Below, one piece after another: positions 55,609 to 64,000 of a DNA stretch of 64,000 bases. The position numbers and the translations under genes were made by a program. This DNA is from Planctomycetota bacterium (GTDB taxonomy: Bacteria > Planctomycetota > UBA8742 > UBA2392). The DNA is taken from positions 1,013,001 to 1,077,000 of the forward strand of contig JABTUE010000001.1 in the NCBI GenBank assembly GCA_015075515.1. The letters are read 5' to 3'. Positions within the stretch are counted from its first letter, which is position 1, and each line of letters starts with the position of its first letter. Under the pieces are notes generated by a model. It had not been told where the DNA came from, did not search any database, and worked only from the letters and a program-made list of their open reading frames with translations.

Positions 55609-57795
55609 ATGCGCGGGCTCTGCACCCTGATTGCGCTGGCGGCCCTTACCGCGCCGGCGCTGCTGTGGCTCGGGCCGCCGGCGGGCGGCCAGGCCGCGGC
55701 GCCGGATCTGGCCGAGCGTTTCAGCCCCGGCCTGCGCCGCACGGCGCGGATCGAGCGCCGCTTCACCCGAACCCTGCAGGCCGCCGGCGACACCGCCGCC
55801 CAGACCCAGCGGCTGGACACCACGGCGCTGGTGCACGAATGGTACCCGCAACCGGACGCCGCGGGCCGGCCCGCGCGCGTGGTGCGCACCTACCGCGAGC
55901 TGCGCCGTGTGCTGACCACCGAAGACCGCGCCGACGGGGCCGCGCCCGTGGTGACCGCCGCCGACGCCACGCCGCCGTGGGCAAACATGGTGCTGACGCT
56001 GGAAACCGCAAACGGCGAACTGCGCGTCAGCGGCGGCGCCGGCCTGAACGATTTTGCCCGCGCCGCCGTGGCGGCAGACTTTGAGACCGACCTGCAGCCC
56101 CAGCGCGCCAGAGAAGTCGGCCGGTCGTGGCGCATACGCGGCAGCGGGCTGGAGCCGCTGTTTGACCTGGGCGAGGCCGTCGAACACGAAGACGGCGTGG
56201 TCACGGTCACGCTCAAGTCGCTGGATGCCGCGCGCGCGGTATTCGAGTTCAGCGGCGCGCTGAAGTTCCGGCACCGCCGCCCCGACCCGGCCGACGCCGC
56301 GCGCGATGCCGCCAACCTGCTGTATGAATCCACGCTGCGGGGCAGCGCCGAGTTTGACGTTGTCCAAGGGCGCTGGCTGGGCCGGACACTGACCGTGGCT
56401 GCAACCATCAGCGGCACACGCGACGGCCGGGAAGCGCGCGGCACGGCCGAGCTTTCCGACCGCCGCGTGTTCACCTGGGGCGCGATTGTGGACGCGCCGC
56501 CGCCGGCGGAATCCGCCTTTGCGGAACCCCCGGCACGGCCGGAGGTCGCCGGCGACGGGCCGGTCGCGCCCGGCCGGATTGTTCTGGGCCTGGCAAACCC
56601 CGCCCGAACGGCGCTGGTGGAATTCGACCCGGTTTCGGGGCGGGTCACGCGCGCGCTGGCGCGCTTTCCGGCCGGCGTGGCGGTCGGGCCGCCGGCGCTT
56701 TCCCTTGACGGGTCAAGGCTTGTCTTTGCTTCCACACTGCACAACGACCGCACCATCGAACCCTGGAACATCTTTGCGCTGGACCTGGCGGCCGGACGGC
56801 TGGACCAGCTCACGCCCGCCTGGGCGCCGGCACAGGGGCTGGTCAGGGCGGAATCGCCCTCCGACGGCCACAGTGTCGAGGTGCAACTGCCCTGGACAGG
56901 GCCGCTGAACGCCACGGTGTGGGTTCAGGGCCTGTCGCGCCCGCAGGAGATCACGCGGCCCGAGCGCGACTTTGACGGCAAGCTGAAACTGGAACACCTG
57001 CCCGCGGGCAAGCACACCATCCACGTGCTGGCCGGGCGGGACGCCGCGTGGCGCAAGGCCTGGTACGGCACGCCGCCCCAACGCTCGCGCCTGGAAACAA
57101 CGCACATGACAGGCGAAGTGACAGTCACGGCCGCCGGCCCCAACACGGCGCGCCTGGCGACGGTGACCGAACCCGTGCCCGAATACCAGTGCCCCGCCTG
57201 GGCCGGCAAAGAAGCCGCGTGGCTGGAGGTCTGGCCCGGCCGGCCCGCACCGCCCGAGCGCCCGGCCGCGCCACCCGGCGCGCGCCTGGTGGCCGGCGGC
57301 AAGGCCGGGGCCGTGGAGACCGGGCTGGTGCTGGCCACAACCGAAGGCGGCGGGCGGCACTGGCTGGCGATCCGGCGCGCGGGCGGGGGTCATGTCTTTG
57401 AGATACGCGGCGCCGACGGCGAAGTTGTCACGGCGCTGAACCTGGCGGCATCGGGCGTGCTGGCCGACCCGCGACTGGGTGGGAGTTTTTCCGCCGACGG
57501 CACGCTGTGGTACACGGCCGGGGTGCTGGCCGGCAGCGACGGGCGCGAAGGTCTGGGGCCGGCGCTGCTGGCCGCCGACGCGCGCACCGGCGCGGTGCGC
57601 GTGGCCGGTCTGTGGCCCGAACTTTCGGGCCGGCGCGTGCTGGCGGTGTCGGCGGCGCCGCACGGGACGGTGTATCTGGTGCTGGCAACGGGCACGGACA
57701 CGGCCGATGTCTACCGGTATGACCCGGCGGCCGACACGCTGCGGCGGCTGACGGCGCTGGGCGACGTGCAGGGTGTATCCGCGGCCGGCCGGTAG
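55609..57795 (+). CDS. Hypothetical secreted protein
   Basis: Signal peptide MRGLCTLIALAALTAPALLWL. 728 aa, with no motif recognised. Confidence 0.5.
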   Translation: MRGLCTLIALAALTAPALLWLGPPAGGQAAAPDLAERFSPGLRRTARIERRFTRTLQAAGDTAAQTQRLDTTALVHEWYPQPDAAGRPARVVRTYRELRRVLTTEDRADGAAPVVTAADATPPWANMVLTLETANGELRVSGGAGLNDFARAAVAADFETDLQPQRAREVGRSWRIRGSGLEPLFDLGEAVEHEDGVVTVTLKSLDAARAVFEFSGALKFRHRRPDPADAARDAANLLYESTLRGSAEFDVVQGRWLGRTLTVAATISGTRDGREARGTAELSDRRVFTWGAIVDAPPPAESAFAEPPARPEVAGDGPVAPGRIVLGLANPARTALVEFDPVSGRVTRALARFPAGVAVGPPALSLDGSRLVFASTLHNDRTIEPWNIFALDLAAGRLDQLTPAWAPAQGLVRAESPSDGHSVEVQLPWTGPLNATVWVQGLSRPQEITRPERDFDGKLKLEHLPAGKHTIHVLAGRDAAWRKAWYGTPPQRSRLETTHMTGEVTVTAAGPNTARLATVTEPVPEYQCPAWAGKEAAWLEVWPGRPAPPERPAAPPGARLVAGGKAGAVETGLVLATTEGGGRHWLAIRRAGGGHVFEIRGADGEVVTALNLAASGVLADPRLGGSFSADGTLWYTAGVLAGSDGREGLGPALLAADARTGAVRVAGLWPELSGRRVLAVSAAPHGTVYLVLATGTDTADVYRYDPAADTLRRLTALGDVQGVSAAGR

Positions 57796-57820
57796 GGCAG
57801 GCGGCTGGGCCGGGAAGTGT

Positions 57821-59329
57821 TCAGCGAACCTGCGGCACCAGCACGTCCGGGCTTGGGGGCGCGTCAGGGGTTGCAAGCAAACGCCCCGTGCGGATCCGGG
57901 AACGGACGGTGCCGGTCAGCCTGCGGGCCGAACCGGCAGAGTCCGGCGTGATCGCAAAACCCGCCGGCGCCGTGGGCCGGGCGGCGCCGGTGTGGCTGCC
58001 GGCGGGCGCCGAACGCGGAGTCACCACCCAGGCCATGCGTTTGCCCGCAAATACATCCCAGGCCGCAACAATCGAGATTGCCGTCTTGAGCAGCGTGTAC
58101 AGGGGCGCCAGCAACCCGTAACCCAGCCAGCTCCATGCACCCAGTTTGACCCCGCGGCGGCGCCAGGCGGCAAAGGTGTGCAACGGGCCGGCCAGTTGCG
58201 TGGCGGCAAACGAGACCCAGAAGAACCACTGGATCGGGCCGGCATCGTAGGTGCCCGTCAGCCCGTAGGCGGCCAGCAACGGAAACAGGGAAAGCGAAAG
58301 CCACGCGTTCAGTTCGCGCACCCCCAGCAGAAAGGTCAGCGACGCGCGGCGCGCCAGGGGCATATCGGCGCGCAGTACGTCAAGCTGCTGCCGCAGCGTC
58401 ACTTCCAGCCAGCCGCGGGCCCAGCGCACCCGCTGGTGCCAGAATGCCGTCAGCGTTGCGGTGGCAAGCTCCGTGGACTGCATGGCCGTGTCATAGGTAA
58501 TGCGCATGCCGCACAGCCAGGCGCGCACCGAGGCGTCAATGTCCTCTGTCTGCATGTACGGGTCGAAGCGAAGCTTGCGCAGGCTGGAGGCGCGCCATAC
58601 CGCGTTGGTCCCGCAGAACAGGCCCAATCCCGTGGCGCGCGCCCAACTGGCGTGGCCCACGGCATACATGGCGTCGAACTCCATGGCCACGATTGCCGCG
58701 CCGGCGCTTTCGGCGGTGTTGCGCACCACGCACCGGCCCTGCACGCAGTCATGGCCCAGCGCGATATGCCGGGCCCCGCGCAGCAGGCAGTCGGCTGCGG
58801 GCAGATGATCGGCGTCAAACAGCGCCACGATCTGTCCGTGTGCCTGGTTCAGAACAGCGTTCAGGTTGGCGGCCTTGCTGCGGCTGTGGGGCACGCGCAC
58901 GGCACGAAACTCGGGGAAGCGGGTCTCGATTTCCTTCAGTGTCTGTTCCACCGGCAGGGGCCTGGGCGTGTTGTAGGCAAGAATGACTTCAAACCCGGCC
59001 CGGGGCCGGGCAACACGCGTCAGCATGTGCATCACCGTTTCCACGATGATGTGCTGTTCGTTGGGCAGATACGCGGCAATGATGACGGTCGCCGACAGGC
59101 CGCTGTCCGCGGGAACGGGCGGAACCCGTCGCGAAGGCAGGGCCAGCAGCTGCAGCATGGCAAACAGGGAAATGCCAAGGTAGGCGGCGCTGACGCACAC
59201 CAGCAGCCAGGTCAGACTCAACCCGAGTACCAGCAGCGTGGAAAAGGCTGCCGTAGCAACCACAAATGCCCCGCCGGCCACACAAGCAAGCTTGCCAAGC
59301 GGAATGCCCCTGCCCGTTTTGAGCGCCAT
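57821..59329 (-). CDS. Family 2 glycosyltransferase, processive (cellulose/chitin/hyaluronan-synthase-like) with multiple TM helices
   Basis: Starts at internal ATG 59329; the 142-codon upstream extension is Ser/Arg junk. Motifs are DAD (ALFDADH), the TED-like QTEDID, and QRVRWARG (QxxRW). It has N- and C-terminal TM segments. Confidence 0.8.
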   Translation of the reverse strand: MALKTGRGIPLGKLACVAGGAFVVATAAFSTLLVLGLSLTWLLVCVSAAYLGISLFAMLQLLALPSRRVPPVPADSGLSATVIIAAYLPNEQHIIVETVMHMLTRVARPRAGFEVILAYNTPRPLPVEQTLKEIETRFPEFRAVRVPHSRSKAANLNAVLNQAHGQIVALFDADHLPAADCLLRGARHIALGHDCVQGRCVVRNTAESAGAAIVAMEFDAMYAVGHASWARATGLGLFCGTNAVWRASSLRKLRFDPYMQTEDIDASVRAWLCGMRITYDTAMQSTELATATLTAFWHQRVRWARGWLEVTLRQQLDVLRADMPLARRASLTFLLGVRELNAWLSLSLFPLLAAYGLTGTYDAGPIQWFFWVSFAATQLAGPLHTFAAWRRRGVKLGAWSWLGYGLLAPLYTLLKTAISIVAAWDVFAGKRMAWVVTPRSAPAGSHTGAARPTAPAGFAITPDSAGSARRLTGTVRSRIRTGRLLATPDAPPSPDVLVPQVR

Positions 59330-59393
59330 GTCTGTCTCCGCACTGGCGCCAATCTTACGCGGTGGCTGTGACGGGCGGGTGTTGCATACTAAA

Positions 59394-60923
59394 ATGCATT
59401 TACGTTGTTGCACCGGCTGGGGTTCTATATTGCGAAAACGTAATTCACTCGACACGGACCTCCGCCGGCGCCTGCAGGTGCTGGCCGCACAGTACAGCCA
59501 GGCGGAACTGGCCCGCCGTACCGGCGAAGTCGTAACCAACGTGCACCGGTACCTGCGCGGAACACGGGTACCAGGCCGCTTTCTGGCCGCGCTGGTGCGT
59601 GAACTGGGTGTGAATCCGGCCTGGCTGCTTTCCGGGCACGGGCCTGTCCACGCAGCCGACGTAAGCGACAGCGCCGCCAGCCTGGCCAGTGAACTGCTGG
59701 AACTGCTGGGGGCCATGGGCGAGGTGAACCGTGTTCGTCTTGGCGCTCTGGACAAGGGCCATCACCTGGCACTGGTGCGGCGTCTGGCGCAGTCTCTGGC
59801 TGAATACGAACGGTTGCGCGGCCGGCTCAGTGAGCGTTCGCGCGACGTCATGGCACGGCTGCTGGATCGCCTGTACGGGGCACTGAACCGCCGCGACATG
59901 CAGGCCGCCACGGATCTGCGTCAGGCCGCTTTGATGCTGCGCCCTTTGTGCGACGAACCCGCGCTGGATCAGCAGTTCCGCCGCATGCTGGCCTATTACG
60001 AATACCAATGCGGCCATACGCTTCAGGCCACCGAACTGCAACGCGAAACGTTCCTGCGTTATCTGCCCCGGGGTGAAGTCTTCACGCGCGAGGCCTGCCA
60101 GGACGCCATGCACCTGTGCAGCGCGCTGGGAACGCTGCGGCGTATGGCCGAAGTCCGGCGGCTTGCCAACGCGACAATCGCGCTGGCCGAAGGCGTGGGT
60201 GAAACGTGGCGCCCGGTGCTGATTCTGCGCATGCTGCGCGCGTCGGCCAATGCCGACCTGGGGCATCTGCACGAGGCGCTGCGCGACGCCAGTCAGGCTC
60301 TGCCGCTGCTGGATCCGGCGGATCGCGCGGAACAGACCGCGCGTCTGACCCGCATTCTGTGGCTGTGCGGAACGATGGATCTGGCCGGCGCGCTGAATCA
60401 CGGGCCGGCGTCCCGGCTGCGTTCTGTCACCGCGCTCAAGATCGCGTTGTGGGACGCCGACGTTCAGGGCCTTCGCGCCGCCCTGGCGGAATGCACGGGC
60501 AGCGGGCCGGGCATGGCAGAGCCGGACAGCCAGGAAGCCGTGGCCGTTCAGGGGCTGGTTGCTGCCCTGGCATCACCGCGGCGGTTTCGCGCCGCGTCTT
60601 TCCTGCGCGCGATGGATCAGGCCAGCCATTACCCGTTACCTGCGGAACTGGCGAAGTTTCCGGCCATGGCCCTGGCCGCGGCGACACTGTTGCGGGCCGG
60701 TTTTGAACAACACGCCGCGCAATGCTGTCTGCGCGGCTGCAAGCTGCTGCAGGACCAGCCCCCGGGCCTGGAGCAGGAGGTCATGCTGGCCGGGCTGTTC
60801 TGGCGGACAACAGCACGTCTGGATGCGGCCGGCCACAGCCCGTGGCGCGGCAGCGGCGAGCAGGCCCGTCGCTGGTTGTCCGAAAAACGCGCCGCCGGCT
60901 ACCTGCGTTTTGGGGCCGGCTAG
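59394..60923 (+). CDS. Transcriptional regulator, XRE-type HTH plus TPR-like domain; paralog of 2025..3557
   Basis: The N-terminus SQAELARRTGEVVTNVHRYLRGTRVP...GVNPAWLLSGHG aligns with the first regulator. The start is ATG 59394 or TTG 59430. The gene is divergent from the GT2 gene across an AT-rich spacer. Confidence 0.7.
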   Translation: MHLRCCTGWGSILRKRNSLDTDLRRRLQVLAAQYSQAELARRTGEVVTNVHRYLRGTRVPGRFLAALVRELGVNPAWLLSGHGPVHAADVSDSAASLASELLELLGAMGEVNRVRLGALDKGHHLALVRRLAQSLAEYERLRGRLSERSRDVMARLLDRLYGALNRRDMQAATDLRQAALMLRPLCDEPALDQQFRRMLAYYEYQCGHTLQATELQRETFLRYLPRGEVFTREACQDAMHLCSALGTLRRMAEVRRLANATIALAEGVGETWRPVLILRMLRASANADLGHLHEALRDASQALPLLDPADRAEQTARLTRILWLCGTMDLAGALNHGPASRLRSVTALKIALWDADVQGLRAALAECTGSGPGMAEPDSQEAVAVQGLVAALASPRRFRAASFLRAMDQASHYPLPAELAKFPAMALAAATLLRAGFEQHAAQCCLRGCKLLQDQPPGLEQEVMLAGLFWRTTARLDAAGHSPWRGSGEQARRWLSEKRAAGYLRFGAG

Positions 60924-63919
60924 AAACCCTCTTCTTTTTCGTCTTCGCCCTCGAGTTCGCGCTCGATGGTCTTGATGCGCGGGTTGGTCGGGTCCAGTTG
61001 TTTCACTTCTTCAAGAACCTTGCGGCACTTTTCCTTTTCGTCGGCCTGCATCCAGGTCGCGGCGATGTCCAGCAGGGCGTTGGCTTCGGCGGTGCGGGCT
61101 TCTTCGGGTGTGCCTCTGGCCAGACGGCGCACGAACTCGAAGTGCTTTACCGCTTCGTCCCACTGTTTGAGCTTGCGCAGGGCAAAGGCGCGGAAGCTGT
61201 GCGTGCGCGGGTCCAGTGGCGCGATGTACAGCGCCTGCAGCGCCATGTCGGCCATCTTGGTCCAGTTGCGGCTCTGCTGGTACACGTTTTCAATCAGCCA
61301 CAGCCGCACATCCAGGTTGTTTTCGTCCACGCGCATCCACTGTTCGGCGGCTTCCACGGCCAGTTCACGGTTCTGCATGGACTGGTAGATCTGGTACTTG
61401 GCGGCGTAGGGCTGGGGGTTTTCGGGAAACGCGCGCTGGGCCTCGTTCAGCCAGTGCAGCATCTGGTCCATGCGTTGTTCGGCCCGGGCCATCTGGGCCA
61501 GCATCAGATACGTGTTGAAATCCTCCAGTCCGCGCAGAATCGCGGCGTCAATGTGGCTGCGCAGCAGTCGCTGGCGCTCGGCGGCGCTGAGGGTTTCGTC
61601 GCTGCGGGCCAGCATGGCGCGCGTGTAATGCCACAGCGCGCCCTCTTCGCCCTGGGCCTTGTCGGCGCCCTGCTGCTGGGTCATGCCGGAAAACAGCCGC
61701 GCGTCCACCAGCCGGCCGGTCTGCATGTAGCCCAGCGCCAGCTCGACCAGGTTGGCGCGCGTGGCCTTGCCGTCTTCGTACAGGAAGAACAGCTCGTCCA
61801 TGCGTTTCTGGCTGACGCGCTTGACCATGCGCAGGTGGGCGATGCGTTCGTCGCGCACGTAATCGGCAAAGCGGCGGTCGAAGACTTCGGGCTCGATGCC
61901 CAGGCAGGCGCGGAAGACTTCTTCGGGGGTTTTTTTCTGGCCGAACAGTTCCAGCATCTTGCGCACGGCGCCCATGCCGCCCAGTTTCTTGTCAATGAAC
62001 TCGAGCATCACGTTGCCCAGATAATAGGCAAACAGGATCTTGCTGCCGTCGCGGAACCATTCGTTGAAGCGCTTGACGGGCGGAATGTCGTTCATGTGGT
62101 AGTGCATGAACAACTGGTCTTCCATGTGGCGTTCCCATTCGGGGCGGGTGGTTTTTTCCTCGTAGACGCTCAGGCCCTCGGCCAGCCAGCGCGGCACCTG
62201 GCCGTTGCTGATCTGGATCTGCCACACGTGGTCCATTTCGTGGCGCAGCGTGCTGGCCCAGTTATAGCTGCCGGGCGGCCGCGCCGACGGGCTGTCCAGC
62301 GTCACAAGCTGGCCAAAGCACGCGCCCAGCGCCGGCAGGCCGGTGATGCCCACGGTGCGCACTTCGAAATCCTGGTGGATGTGAAAGGCCTCGATCGTCA
62401 GCGGGATGCGCGGCTTGAAGTCGTACTTTTTCTCAAGGCGTGCCCAGGCTTCTTCCAGATGCTCCAGGTAAATGTCGCGCATCACCCGCGCCTCGGATTT
62501 GTGCACCAGCAGGCGCCAGCGGCCGTCGGGGCTTTCGTAGCGTTCGAAGTTCTTGTAGCTGTCCAGCAGCGTAAGCAGGTTCAGCGTCTGCTTGTTGTTG
62601 CGCAGCGGGTCGTTCTTGTGGGCGGTTTCCAGCATCTTCTTGCCCAGAACGTCGTCGCCCTTGTTCATGGCCGCCATGCCCGCGCCGCGCCAGGCCGTCC
62701 AGTGCGCGCCGTGGCAGGCAATCGCCTTGTCGTACAGCGGCAGGGCCTCGTGGTAGCGGAAGCGTTCGCTCAGGCCGTCGGCGACGATTTCGTAAAAGCG
62801 CGCGGGTTTTGCGTTGACCGACAGCGCGGCCTTTTCGGCCTCGTCGTAGACGCCGGCCAGACCCAGCGTGGCGCCGTGCAGGGCCTTGGCGCCCAGCGCC
62901 TCGATGTTGCGGGGGTTGAGTTTCAGCGCGCGTTCGTAGTCGCGGCGGCCGGCGTCGTAGTCGTCGGTGCTGATGAAGCGCTGGGCACGGTAGGCCAGGG
63001 CCAGGTAATGATCCGGCGCGATCTTGAGGCACTGTTCCAGCGCCTTGAGCCCCTGGCCGCCGCGCCACTGGCTGAAGTGCGCCTGCGCGGCCCAGTAGTG
63101 CAGGTCGGCGGCCTGGGGGTTGACGCGCAGGCCTTCGCCCACGTAGTTGACCAGCGCGCTGGATTCGTGGTTCTGTTCCAGGTACAGGCGCGCCATGTGC
63201 GCCAGCGTGCGCATGTGCCAGGCGTCGGCGTCCAGCGCCAGCCCCCAGGCCTCGTTGGCGTTGTGCAGCAGGTTGAGCATGAAATAGCACTCGCCGGCGC
63301 TGGACCACAGGTCGGCCACGCGGGGGTTGCGTTTGCCTTTTTCAACCCGCCAGGCCCTGGGCGCGTTGGCCGGGGCGATCTGGCGCACGCGCAGGAACAC
63401 TTTGGCCGCTTCGTCGTAGCGCCCGGCGTCGTGCAGCACGCGGCCGGACAGCAGCACGCCGTCAATGTCGTCGGCATCCAGTTTGAACAGCGCGTCGGCG
63501 CAGGCGGTGACGCCCGCGTAATCGCCCAGAATCAGGCGCGTACGCCCCAGCCGCGCCCAGGTGGCGGATTCAGACTTGTCGCCGGCGGCGGCCAGGACGC
63601 GTTCGAGCGTTCTGGCGGCTTCGCGGTAGTCGCTTTCGGCGGCCAGGGCATCGGCCAGACCGCGGGCGGCGGCCTGGTGGGCCGGCTGTTCCTTCAGCAC
63701 CTTGCGCAGTTCCGTGCGCGCGGACTTGTAGCGCCCCTGGTCCAGCGCCTGTTCGCCGGCCACCAGCCATGCATCCAGCGTGTCGGCCGCTTCGTCGTCA
63801 TCGTCGGCGTCATTGCCGGCCAGCGGCTGTATGCCGCCGGCGCCCGGATAGTCCGGCACCGGCGCGGCGTGCAGCGGGCCAAGCACCAGCGCGACCACAA
63901 GGAATAGCCACAGCTTCAT
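60920..63919 (-). CDS. Secreted TPR-repeat protein with an embedded HEXXH (HEMDH) peptidase-MA-like domain
   Basis: Signal peptide MKLWLFLVVALVLGPLHA at ATG 63919. It has many TPR-like repeats and the LRHEMDHVWQ zinc-binding motif. Confidence 0.7.
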   Translation of the reverse strand: MKLWLFLVVALVLGPLHAAPVPDYPGAGGIQPLAGNDADDDDEAADTLDAWLVAGEQALDQGRYKSARTELRKVLKEQPAHQAAARGLADALAAESDYREAARTLERVLAAAGDKSESATWARLGRTRLILGDYAGVTACADALFKLDADDIDGVLLSGRVLHDAGRYDEAAKVFLRVRQIAPANAPRAWRVEKGKRNPRVADLWSSAGECYFMLNLLHNANEAWGLALDADAWHMRTLAHMARLYLEQNHESSALVNYVGEGLRVNPQAADLHYWAAQAHFSQWRGGQGLKALEQCLKIAPDHYLALAYRAQRFISTDDYDAGRRDYERALKLNPRNIEALGAKALHGATLGLAGVYDEAEKAALSVNAKPARFYEIVADGLSERFRYHEALPLYDKAIACHGAHWTAWRGAGMAAMNKGDDVLGKKMLETAHKNDPLRNNKQTLNLLTLLDSYKNFERYESPDGRWRLLVHKSEARVMRDIYLEHLEEAWARLEKKYDFKPRIPLTIEAFHIHQDFEVRTVGITGLPALGACFGQLVTLDSPSARPPGSYNWASTLRHEMDHVWQIQISNGQVPRWLAEGLSVYEEKTTRPEWERHMEDQLFMHYHMNDIPPVKRFNEWFRDGSKILFAYYLGNVMLEFIDKKLGGMGAVRKMLELFGQKKTPEEVFRACLGIEPEVFDRRFADYVRDERIAHLRMVKRVSQKRMDELFFLYEDGKATRANLVELALGYMQTGRLVDARLFSGMTQQQGADKAQGEEGALWHYTRAMLARSDETLSAAERQRLLRSHIDAAILRGLEDFNTYLMLAQMARAEQRMDQMLHWLNEAQRAFPENPQPYAAKYQIYQSMQNRELAVEAAEQWMRVDENNLDVRLWLIENVYQQSRNWTKMADMALQALYIAPLDPRTHSFRAFALRKLKQWDEAVKHFEFVRRLARGTPEEARTAEANALLDIAATWMQADEKEKCRKVLEEVKQLDPTNPRIKTIERELEGEDEKEEGF

Positions 63920-64000
63920 GCGCGTCTCCGGCGTTCGCGCCCGGAACGCACCTTCACGGGCGCCTGTCCAGCACAATCTATAGTACGCACAAACGCGGCG

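Noticed and set aside
60722-63907. A 1061-aa plus-strand ORF antisense to the TPR/HEMDH protein gene
   Set aside because: Low-complexity Ala/Gly/Val/Arg composition. The minus-strand gene has a signal peptide, TPR repeats and an HEXXH motif.
1-64000. CRISPR arrays, rRNA genes, IS elements with terminal inverted repeats
   Set aside because: No regularly spaced short repeats, no rRNA-like conserved stretches and no transposase-like ORFs were seen on reading the sequence. The only mobile signature is the tRNA-associated island.

Overview
This is a high-GC (about 68-70%) bacterial chromosomal segment. It is dense with lipoproteins, TPR proteins, Ser/Thr kinases and prenyltransferase-like repeat proteins, so it could come from Planctomycetota or a similar lineage (low confidence). 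Most of the window is ordinary core genes. They are an aldo/keto reductase, an SDR oxidoreductase, a methionine aminopeptidase with a SEC-C motif, an FAD oxidoreductase, a CoA-transferase, rsmJ, acpH, a UvrD/PcrA helicase, a ROK kinase, a selenocysteine-containing formate dehydrogenase operon, an M19 dipeptidase and a GT2 glycosyltransferase. The main feature is a roughly 20 kb lower-GC integrative island (about 22.46-42.64 kb) inserted into the 3' half of a tRNA-Arg(ACG) gene. Imperfect direct repeats of about 95 bp (extendable to about 160 bp) bound it. It carries a tyrosine integrase, an excisionase-like HTH, a primase/helicase-like P-loop protein and a defence cargo. The cargo has a phospholipase-D (HKD) nuclease fused to an SNF2 helicase, a 1350-aa Eco57I/PglX-like N6-adenine methyltransferase, and an embedded AAA+ ATPase plus subtilase (S8)-like pair that resembles the IetAS system. 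No DrmA/DrmB, PglZ or BrxC is present in the island, so the helicase-nuclease and methyltransferase pair do not match canonical DISARM or BREX. It may be an undescribed minimal restriction-like system. Other points are noted. The formate dehydrogenase alpha subunit is read through an in-frame TGA with a downstream hairpin (selenocysteine). Two paralogous HTH-plus-TPR regulators each sit divergent to a cell-surface gene. A 1.4 kb stretch (about 49.98-51.38 kb) looks like a decayed gene. Long ORFs antisense to real genes are GC-driven shadows and are not reported as genes.
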